Virus record (IMG/VR): IMGVR_UViG_3300036766_000889
Strand: one strand, 5' to 3'
DNA length: 64,000 nt
Source: a virus
Both the position numbers and the translations under genes were made by a program. A model generated the notes under the pieces. That model saw nothing but the letters and a program-made list of their open reading frames with translations. It made no database searches and was not told the DNA's origin. Positions 56,193-64,000 of the stretch are shown here, piece after piece. The stretch's first letter is position 1; every line of letters begins with the position of its first letter.

Positions 56193-59100
56193 CTATAGAC
56201 GTACTCGTATGGATAGGGTACTTACTACGTATTCAAGTGGGAAAACCGGAACGTAGATGGCTTCAGCCCGCATGATGGTCGGGTCAGCCGGGTCAACGGA
56301 AACCGAGATTCCAGCGACCTTCGTGACAATTTGCTGATCAATCATTGTGGCGAATGCGCCAGTCATGGCAGTTTCAGCAGATTTCAGAAGAGCACCAGTG
56401 AACTTCTGACCGATAAACGGATCAAGAACCCGACGCATCGTCTGTTGGACGTGGTGGATTGTCAACGTCACAGACGGGGTCCTCGTGATGACCGTCGCCG
56501 GGTTCGTTGTCAAACCGTGCCGGATGCGCATTCCGTTATCTGATTGTTCGATAATCGAAACACCAGCAACGGCAACCTGATTAGCCTCAGTCGGATCAAG
56601 CACTCGACCCAACTGAGAAAAACCGACAATCTGACGACGTGTGAGAGGCGTTGCCACGTCAATCGACGGGTTACAGGTAGAACCCGCTACAGCCGCTGCC
56701 ATGTACGACGCATCAACAAGCTGTTGCGATGAATTTCCAAGATTATCCGTAATCGAAATTACGTACGAATCCGGGTATGTGAAAATCATCAATTCCGAGT
56801 TCAAACCCTTGGCAATCGACTGAGCGCCGAGTGCCGTGGTTCCAACTGCGGGTCCAGTGACCGCAATACGCTCACCCTCTTGACGCGGGGAGCTCATGAA
56901 AATGCAGTGTTGGTTCAAATAACCAAAGACCTGCAGATCCGTAGCGAGCGGCGTAATGACATCCGGCTTGATATTTCCGGACATCGGCTTCTGTTGTTCG
57001 TCAATTGCTGCCTTGTAAGACCCGAGGCTAGCCTGTGATGAACCAGCAGCACGGAAGACCTGCTTGAGACCGATGAGAACCGCTCCGTTGAGAAGAGCAA
57101 GACGTGCACCAAGAGAGATTGGGTTATCCGGGGTAGGAGTACCAAAGTTCTGTTGGATGGTCTTCAGATCACGGAACAACGATGTTGCCAAATTCGTCTT
57201 GGCAAACTGGTAAGAGGCGTAATAAACATCTCCGACCTTCGGTTGTTGACCAGTTCTCTTGAAAGTGCTCAAGAGAGCTGTAGTGCCAGGGTTCATCCCA
57301 ACCGTGTTATAAACCGACACTTCAATGCCAGAGATTTCCTTCACAGGAATCGAAGCATCGGCAGTATAAGTCTGATTTACGATCAGAGTGAAATTTCCTC
57401 CGGAGGTATAATCCCCGGCTGACGCAGGAAGCACCGTGAAGCGGAGACCAGTGGTCGAATCCGTGTAGGTCTGACCTGGAATGCCCGTGCCGTGTGAGCC
57501 CAAGAGGCCCGCAGAACTCGTTACGTTAAACCCGGACTGGGCCGCATCGCCAATAGCCCCGGAAGACCCAGGAATAATCCCAAGACCCGTGTCCGGAATA
57601 AAGGCGGTGTTCACCACGTTAGAGAAAGCAATCGTTGAGGTTGAACCCGCCGAGAGCGAATTAATCTCAAGGAATGTTCCAAGGCCAGCCGATAGAATCG
57701 GGTAGGCTACCGCGAGTGCCGAGAACGAAGCATCTCCGTTGAGAGCTGCCGAGATGGACGTTGCGGACGGCTGAGTTCTGGACGCTGACGATCCCGCAAC
57801 AATCCCAAGAGGTGTACCAGAGGTACTCAGGCTCTTGAATACGACTGCCGAGATAGGCGTGTTCACTCTCGAGACCAACACCAGCTTACCCGCTTGTGAA
57901 CCCTGACCAACCTTGGCAACGATCTGAGACAAGACCGCCGTTGAAACATCAACCAGGTCATTCGTTCCGTGAACGTTGTATGCCCCCTGTGTTTGAGCCA
58001 GGTGAGTGTTATATGCAGCCTTGATGGCGTTTGCCAGAGCAATGACCGAGGGTAGACTGACAGCGGTCGAGTCCGGAACCAAGATCATGTTCGTAGTGTC
58101 GGCAACGTTATGGTAACTCGTTGACGCAATATGAACGTTGAACTTCGCCTTGATCTCATTAGCGAGAGCAGAGAAGTTCGTGTATGGACCACCACCTGCG
58201 TCCGGAACAGTAGATCCAGTGATCGTATCCGTGATGTCGTTCGTTAGATGGACGCCAAGCTGTAATAGGTGGGCGTTAACCTGCGTATTAAGATCCGTGA
58301 GGAGGGCTTCTTCAGTCAACTGGTCGACTGCATTCGCAACTGCCTCAATGTTCACCGTGTCATCGTAACCGTGAACGCCAAGCTGCGAAAGGTGGGCGTT
58401 ATACTTCTTCTGCAGGTCGTATGCAAGAGCAACGGCCGTTTGAAGACTGATCGCAACCGGAAGGGTTTCGATATTGATCACATCGCTGAGTTGATGGACA
58501 CCAGCCTGTGAAAGGTGGGTGTCGTACTTCGTCTTCAACTCGTTAACGAGGATTATGGACGTGGCAAGATCCGTAGCGTTCAGTGCTGAGATCGTGTTAA
58601 CAACGTCCATGATGAGGTGATATGACGTCGATGCAATGTGCGTCGTGTATTCCGTCTTGATGTCATTCACCAGAGTGACCAAAGAAGCAGTAAACGCGGA
58701 TACGTCAGCTGACGAAGCGATCGTCATGTACGAATTGTTGATGTTCGCAACAATATCACTGATGGAAACCGCAGTACCGGACGGTAGTATGGTGCTGAAA
58801 TCAGACCCATCAACAGACATTTGTGCAGAGTCATTGACCCCGGACTGAATGTTGAACGGACCCGTCTTCGTTCCAGCAAGAACGGCAGGTTGGTTGATGG
58901 CGTTGTACGAACCCAAGCTCGTAAGATTGGGTGCAAGACCCGCCCTCGAAGAGCCATTCGTCTGACCAACGCCCGTTGGAACCAAGACGAGAATGGACGA
59001 TGTAAGTCCATTGGTCGAAGACAAAAGATTCCGTCCCTCGATCTTCAGAATCGCTTTCGATCCGTAGACCAAGGCTGAAGCAAGTCCATTCGGAGACGTA

Positions 59101-61265
59101 CTGGCGAAAGTTCCCGATCCATCGGAGTGGACCTGGACGTCCGCATCAACAACCGCGTTGATTGCTGTAGCAACCTGCGCAACCGTCGTCAAACCTGTCA
59201 AAGCGACAGCAGCAAGAACAATGCCATCAATCTGAATGGTTGCGAAGTCGGTTGTCAAGAACGACAGAGGCTCCGTAATCGGTTGACCGAGAATGCATGC
59301 CGCGTATGGAAGCGACAAATCAACGGAAACCGCAGGATTCCCATCAATCACTACTCCGCCAAAAATGCGGGTATACTGATAGATGTCATACGGTGATTGA
59401 CCGGAATTCGAGAACGAAGCATTTTGCGCGGGCAAAAGGCTGCTATCGAATGTGACCGTAACGGTTTCAGAAACCTGAACGCCATCACCCGTGTGGAATG
59501 CGTCTGGAATGGTTTCAGAGTCAGACGGCCATTGAATGGTCTGGGAAAGACCAGTCTTAGTACCGAATTTCACACCGAGAAGGTATTGATTCGTCTTCTG
59601 ACTGAAGACTGTGTACTGACCAATCCCAGATGGGCCACCGGTTACAACATTCAACGTGTAAGTGTCATCACCGATGCGGTTATACCAGAACGTGGCGAAA
59701 ACTTCATAATCAGCAGGAACCTGATCGCGCAAAACGAACGTGTTGGTGGCCGAATCAACCGACAACACGACCGCAGGTGGCCGAATCTGGGCATCTCGGA
59801 AGTTCTTCCCAACGTAAACCGTGACCAAGTCAGGTCGATTGGTTGGAAGATCAATACGGCCGTTCGTAACCGTCTGATAGAGCGACTGACCAAGTGGCGT
59901 ATCACGGCCATTGCCAGTTGTCGGAGACAACGGCATCACGAACTTGACTTCAGACACCTGAGAAGTCACCGGGTCAGTGAACCGGGTGCAAGGGACGCCG
60001 AAGATATGATCATCAACAAGCAGGCCGGTAATCTGAACTGAGTCAAACGTGTTCGTTCCGGTCTTCTCACCAGACACGACCTGCCAAGCGGTACCCCACT
60101 GGATCTTAGACTGATCGCCGTCATTAACAACAACGAAGTCAGGACCATTGAGGTAATCACGACGACCTGGGGCAATGCCCACATTGCCAACCGAAGTGAT
60201 GTTGTTGTTCGGCAAATAGTCGAACGTATCCTGGAACGTATTGAAGTAATACGTAATAGCAACGATCGCACCAGCAACCGGTGCCGCTGCAAGGACCACT
60301 TTGTAGTTCTGACCATCGACCGACTTAGCAAGAACCGGGGTTCCGTTAACGGTAACTGACACCTTTGACGGATCGGTAGTAGTAATACCACCATCTGATC
60401 CATCAACGATCGGTCCGTTGAAAACGGTGAACGACTTATTACGGTTCGTGTAGTCACCGGGGTTTAAACCAAGTGCTCCATTACCGTTTCCGCCACCAAT
60501 CAGGATATTCCCCAGAGCAATGAGACGGACGTGATTGAGGCCTTGAGCGTCAATATGAATCGACGCGGTCAGACCGGGAATTGCCGCAGCATTGATATCG
60601 TTGGCGATGTCAGCAGCAAGTCGAGTCGACCCGGACGTCATCGTGATCGTTCCGGTAGTTACATCGTTAACGGTTACGATGAGGGAGTCACTTGAGCCGG
60701 TCGTGATGTTATACGGCTCGGCCTTTGGGGCGACGAGAAGTGCAGGAGAATCAGTAACCTGCGATGAAACATCATCAGTAATCCGGGTATCCTTACGGTG
60801 GAAGAAGTAATCAACGAGAACTACGTCCTCCAACTGCGGAGGAACAAGCAAAGACACCAGACCGTTCGGGCCGTCAACTGACGACACGACTACCTGTTGT
60901 CCATTTACCCTAACGGAAACCTTGCTCACGTCATAGGTGACTCGACCAATTCCGTCACCATCAACAATTGGATAATTCCTTACCCGAAATTGTCCGTGAA
61001 CACCATCGGCGTTCCCGAGATTTGGATTGTTGGGAGGTCCACTGAGGACGAACCTACCGGCAGAATCCTCACCGAAAACAGGAGTGTCGGCAACGGAGCT
61101 TGACCCACGAATGAGTTCAAAGTCCGATTGACTCAGCGTTTCCTTTCCGGTGCCGATCAGAACTGGTATTCTGAGGCCGACGAGAAGCTGGCCAACGACC
61201 GGCTCTGCAATGGTTCTTGTGTAAACTCCCGGGGGAGCATAAGTGGTAAAAGGTCCGATGCCCAT
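56193..61265 (-). CDS. Contractile tail sheath protein, greatly enlarged (1690 aa)
   Basis: N-terminal YAPPGVYTRT...IPVLIGTG; C-terminal sheath core EANQVAVAGVSII...RIRHGLTT...FIGQK...YVPVFPLEYV. Confidence 0.9.
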   Translation of the reverse strand: MGIGPFTTYAPPGVYTRTIAEPVVGQLLVGLRIPVLIGTGKETLSQSDFELIRGSSSVADTPVFGEDSAGRFVLSGPPNNPNLGNADGVHGQFRVRNYPIVDGDGIGRVTYDVSKVSVRVNGQQVVVSSVDGPNGLVSLLVPPQLEDVVLVDYFFHRKDTRITDDVSSQVTDSPALLVAPKAEPYNITTGSSDSLIVTVNDVTTGTITMTSGSTRLAADIANDINAAAIPGLTASIHIDAQGLNHVRLIALGNILIGGGNGNGALGLNPGDYTNRNKSFTVFNGPIVDGSDGGITTTDPSKVSVTVNGTPVLAKSVDGQNYKVVLAAAPVAGAIVAITYYFNTFQDTFDYLPNNNITSVGNVGIAPGRRDYLNGPDFVVVNDGDQSKIQWGTAWQVVSGEKTGTNTFDSVQITGLLVDDHIFGVPCTRFTDPVTSQVSEVKFVMPLSPTTGNGRDTPLGQSLYQTVTNGRIDLPTNRPDLVTVYVGKNFRDAQIRPPAVVLSVDSATNTFVLRDQVPADYEVFATFWYNRIGDDTYTLNVVTGGPSGIGQYTVFSQKTNQYLLGVKFGTKTGLSQTIQWPSDSETIPDAFHTGDGVQVSETVTVTFDSSLLPAQNASFSNSGQSPYDIYQYTRIFGGVVIDGNPAVSVDLSLPYAACILGQPITEPLSFLTTDFATIQIDGIVLAAVALTGLTTVAQVATAINAVVDADVQVHSDGSGTFASTSPNGLASALVYGSKAILKIEGRNLLSSTNGLTSSILVLVPTGVGQTNGSSRAGLAPNLTSLGSYNAINQPAVLAGTKTGPFNIQSGVNDSAQMSVDGSDFSTILPSGTAVSISDIVANINNSYMTIASSADVSAFTASLVTLVNDIKTEYTTHIASTSYHLIMDVVNTISALNATDLATSIILVNELKTKYDTHLSQAGVHQLSDVINIETLPVAISLQTAVALAYDLQKKYNAHLSQLGVHGYDDTVNIEAVANAVDQLTEEALLTDLNTQVNAHLLQLGVHLTNDITDTITGSTVPDAGGGPYTNFSALANEIKAKFNVHIASTSYHNVADTTNMILVPDSTAVSLPSVIALANAIKAAYNTHLAQTQGAYNVHGTNDLVDVSTAVLSQIVAKVGQGSQAGKLVLVSRVNTPISAVVFKSLSTSGTPLGIVAGSSASRTQPSATSISAALNGDASFSALAVAYPILSAGLGTFLEINSLSAGSTSTIAFSNVVNTAFIPDTGLGIIPGSSGAIGDAAQSGFNVTSSAGLLGSHGTGIPGQTYTDSTTGLRFTVLPASAGDYTSGGNFTLIVNQTYTADASIPVKEISGIEVSVYNTVGMNPGTTALLSTFKRTGQQPKVGDVYYASYQFAKTNLATSLFRDLKTIQQNFGTPTPDNPISLGARLALLNGAVLIGLKQVFRAAGSSQASLGSYKAAIDEQQKPMSGNIKPDVITPLATDLQVFGYLNQHCIFMSSPRQEGERIAVTGPAVGTTALGAQSIAKGLNSELMIFTYPDSYVISITDNLGNSSQQLVDASYMAAAVAGSTCNPSIDVATPLTRRQIVGFSQLGRVLDPTEANQVAVAGVSIIEQSDNGMRIRHGLTTNPATVITRTPSVTLTIHHVQQTMRRVLDPFIGQKFTGALLKSAETAMTGAFATMIDQQIVTKVAGISVSVDPADPTIMRAEAIYVPVFPLEYVVSTLSIRVRL

Positions 61266-61441
61266 GTTAGTATGCCTCTCTCATGAAAGGTTCACGAGCC
61301 ATATAGGCTTTCATGTACGAAGTATTAATATGCATATTTATACTCGAGGCTGTCAGACGCCTCAGTGCATTGGATCTCGGTGTTCGTATGCGTATTCATG
61401 GAACCTCAGCAAAATGAATCGCATAAGAGTTCGATAATTGA

Positions 61442-62014
61442 CTAAACAGACAGAGCAGAAAGGCGGAGCCTGTGATGATCTCGAGTGTGAGTTCGAACAG
61501 CATGACAGTTTGCACACACAAGCTCGCATTTGGCGACTTCTTCAATCAATCGAATCATGCTAGCACCCAGTTTTAACCGGGCTATATTATCCACTTTTTC
61601 TCCACGGACGTGATCAAAATCCATCGCTTCCGGAGAAAATTGAAGACAACAGTCCAAACATGAAGAAGCTTTCAACCCACGAATAAAAACGAGTCTTTCT
61701 CGAACAGGTCGAGGAACCGTATTCAGGTCCAGTGAAGGACTTCTATGGGAAGTCCGCATTCTATGACATACTCGACAAACCAAGTCACACTTGGATATCT
61801 CGATCATGACTCGCGGCAAACCATACCTTGAAACCATTTCCCCGACCGAACGGAGCTTGGTTGAAGGATCTATATGATCCCAATCCATGCAATAAGGTGG
61901 AAATGAATTCAAGCAATCGGAACATGGAGCCGACTTCAGGTTATTAACGATTAGTAGTTTCCGTTGCGTAGCTTCACGGAATTTCCTGCGATAACGTGAA
62001 CGCAGGTCTTCCAT
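61442..62014 (-). CDS. HNH endonuclease-like protein (two units)
   Basis: PCSDC...MDWDH...KCDLVCRVCH; CLDC...MDFDHVRG...KCELVCANCH. Confidence 0.8.
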   Translation of the reverse strand: MEDLRSRYRRKFREATQRKLLIVNNLKSAPCSDCLNSFPPYCMDWDHIDPSTKLRSVGEMVSRYGLPRVMIEISKCDLVCRVCHRMRTSHRSPSLDLNTVPRPVRERLVFIRGLKASSCLDCCLQFSPEAMDFDHVRGEKVDNIARLKLGASMIRLIEEVAKCELVCANCHAVRTHTRDHHRLRLSALSV

Positions 62015-62042
62015 TGTCTTAACAATTCAGTAAAATTGATAA

Positions 62043-62504
62043 CTACCTAACCCCGGACTTCATTTTAGAATTCTGGTCTTTCGCCTTCCGAAGCGTCTTT
62101 AAACCTTTTTCACGAAAATCAGCTGTTTGAGAATCGAGAGCTGTAACTACACCATCAACTTGTTTAACAGCGTTTGTTCCAAGTTCACGACGAGCTTTAT
62201 CGCGTGCTTTCTTCCGGTCGTAGTAGTACTCCCATTTTTTCGTCGAAGATCTACCAATTGCTTTGTCAAGACTCGGGTAGTCAAGATCATGCACCCCCGA
62301 TTGCCCGTGGACACCGGAACCCTGAGTCTGCCCATTAGGAGCTTTAAAAGAAAAGCTCACCGAGTTGACTTTAATGCGTTTGGCGCGACGTTTACATTCA
62401 GGGCATGGGTGATGCTCAGAATATTTCTTAGTATCTTCTTGATGGACGATGAGTTCTTCAAATTCAACTTCGCACGTTCGACACTCATATATAAATATTG
62501 GCAT
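62043..62504 (-). CDS. FmdB-like zinc-ribbon protein
   Basis: MPIFIYECRTCEVEFEE...CPEC. Confidence 0.75.
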   Translation of the reverse strand: MPIFIYECRTCEVEFEELIVHQEDTKKYSEHHPCPECKRRAKRIKVNSVSFSFKAPNGQTQGSGVHGQSGVHDLDYPSLDKAIGRSSTKKWEYYYDRKKARDKARRELGTNAVKQVDGVVTALDSQTADFREKGLKTLRKAKDQNSKMKSGVR

Positions 62505-62519
62505 ATAAATTTCGTTATT

Positions 62520-63728
62520 TCACGAAGTCCGCTCGAATGAAACGCTTTTACCTATAACTACTGATACCCCATTTGCAGAAGAAGGATTTCCAAGTCCGAC
62601 TAGATCGTTCGGGTAATTCGTTGTTAAATGTCCGTTTTCTTGTTCTGCCTGAAGAGACGTTAGTTCAGCGCGCTGAACAACCACAGGAAGGGGAACGTAA
62701 ATTTCCCAATCAACACGAAAAGACAGGGAAATCGTGCTGTCGTAAAAATAATCATCCGTTTCTGCGTTATATACTTCTTCATTCTCTCCTCCCGGAGAAA
62801 CATCGAGGAGTTCAATACCTTCAAATCCGAGAGAATTTTGTATTTCTAAAATTTTAACAATTATATAGTCAGACATCTTCTCGCGGTCGTCGGAGTCTTT
62901 AGTAAAAGCAAGTAACTCGAAATTTATTTCAAATTTTCCGCCGTACACATCCATGGTGTGTACCCGTTCGTCAGTTACAACAATGTCGATTTGATCAAAT
63001 TGTTGAACTCTATCACCAAAAGCTAGAACGACTCCTGGAATTGCGTCAACATCAGAGTGTTCCATGTAAAAAGGAAAGTTTCCAGTGTTAGGCGAAGCAT
63101 ACCTGTAATCAGCGGTGATGGACTCACCCGCTGGAGTTGATTTAAGGAAAGTAACATAACCAGACACGTAGTCAATGCTATAATCAACATCGGGTATGAG
63201 TGCAATCCGATTGTCTAACCAAAGACGTAAAGAACCTTGGTAAATATTTTCATGTGAAATTTGAGCATCTTGATCAGCTGAACTTTGAAAGACGATCAAT
63301 GGCTCATCATGGACAGTAAGAATCGTGTCAACAGTGAAATGTCCAGGGGTGTTATGCGCTTCATCTGGTAAATCGAGTATCTTTACTCGATAAACTCCAG
63401 GAGCGGACGGGAAAATGTCCCGTCTTGGAGAGATTTTGCTAAGTTCGTTGACGTTTTCTATCACCCATTCAATGGAAGTACAGGGAAAATTCTCCACAGG
63501 AGTTAACATGACAAAGGACGAGTGTCGTCCTACGTAATTATCAGCGGATAAACGAACGCGATCAGCGGACGTTCCGTTTATGACGACGCCACGATTAGGC
63601 CGTTCAGAAAACGAAAATTTATTTTGGACATTTTCAGAATCAGCACGATAACGCGGATGATCATAGAGAATTTTCTTAATCTCTCGTATGACCCTCTTTT
63701 TAGTAGCGTTAGTTAAGTAATTCTTCAT
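62520..63728 (-). CDS. Probable neck / tail completion protein (402 aa)
   Basis: Lies upstream of the sheath; DYSIDYVSGYVTFL...ITADYRY; GGKFEINFELLAFTKD. Confidence 0.5.
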   Translation of the reverse strand: MKNYLTNATKKRVIREIKKILYDHPRYRADSENVQNKFSFSERPNRGVVINGTSADRVRLSADNYVGRHSSFVMLTPVENFPCTSIEWVIENVNELSKISPRRDIFPSAPGVYRVKILDLPDEAHNTPGHFTVDTILTVHDEPLIVFQSSADQDAQISHENIYQGSLRLWLDNRIALIPDVDYSIDYVSGYVTFLKSTPAGESITADYRYASPNTGNFPFYMEHSDVDAIPGVVLAFGDRVQQFDQIDIVVTDERVHTMDVYGGKFEINFELLAFTKDSDDREKMSDYIIVKILEIQNSLGFEGIELLDVSPGGENEEVYNAETDDYFYDSTISLSFRVDWEIYVPLPVVVQRAELTSLQAEQENGHLTTNYPNDLVGLGNPSSANGVSVVIGKSVSFERTS

Positions 63729-63762
63729 ATAACATTATGAACAAATTACTAATGCTGATCTA

Positions 63763-64000
63763 TTATCTAGATCTCTTTGATTTAGGAATGACCGGAGAAG
63801 ACTCAACTTTCGATTGAGCCTCCATGGGTTCTTCTTCAACCACGGGTTCAACCACGGGTTCAACCACGGGTTCAACCACGGGTTCAACCACGGGTTCAAC
63901 CACGGGTTCAACCACGGGTGCTTCTTCAACCACGGGTTCAACCACGGGTTCAACCACGGGTTCAACCACGGGTTCAACCACGGGTTCAACCACGGGTTCA
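63763..64000 (-). CDS. 3' end of a protein with an (EPVV)n acidic repeat; starts outside the window
   Basis: 12-bp tandem repeat caaccacgggtt (~63837-64000) in frame with the stop at 63763. Confidence 0.65.
   Translation of the reverse strand, partial: EPVVEPVVEPVVEPVVEPVVEPVVEEAPVVEPVVEPVVEPVVEPVVEPVVEPVVEEEPMEAQSKVESSPVIPKSKRSR

Noticed and set aside
63735-63989. ORF with (NPWL)n repeats
   Set aside because: Alternative frame of the 12-bp EPVV repeat; the acidic EPVV frame is the more plausible protein.
1-64000. Bacterial eCIS, tailocin or T6SS locus
   Set aside because: A long tape measure, many homing endonucleases, phage accessory genes and the lack of host genes or Tss membrane components fit a jumbo phage better.
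1-64000. Stop-codon reassignment
   Set aside because: Long genes are uninterrupted in the standard code, and TAA, TAG and TGA all terminate genes.

Overview
This window is the tail-morphogenesis region of a large (jumbo-type) contractile-tailed phage, almost all on the minus strand. In transcription order (right to left) it holds a tail completion-like gene, a giant 1690-aa tail sheath, a ~12 kb accessory block, the tail tube, a ~1.8 kb insert, two probable tail chaperones, the tape measure, tube-initiator/lysozyme-like proteins, hub, central spike, wedge proteins (gp25-like, J/gp6-like, I-like), a collagen/beta-propeller fibre with a DUF4376-like partner, and large His-repeat structural proteins. 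Free-standing GIY-YIG and HNH/Hef-like homing endonuclease genes are interspersed. The best candidate for an undescribed system is at 41.9-43.15 kb. There a sigma70-type promoter precedes a GC-rich tandem array of four tRNA-shaped RNAs, a CCA-ended minihelix and a structured leader. Three of the four RNAs have a GNRA-capped hairpin where the anticodon loop should be. The array runs directly into an unknown 123-aa gene and a Pth2-type peptidyl-tRNA hydrolase. A second candidate is a family of unrelated small proteins at 47-55 kb that share conserved leader modules (MKPSQLASQLRRIAS... and MDFLRIAARIA), resembling a capsid-targeting/cargo system. All family calls come from motif recognition and gene order by eye; no searches were run.
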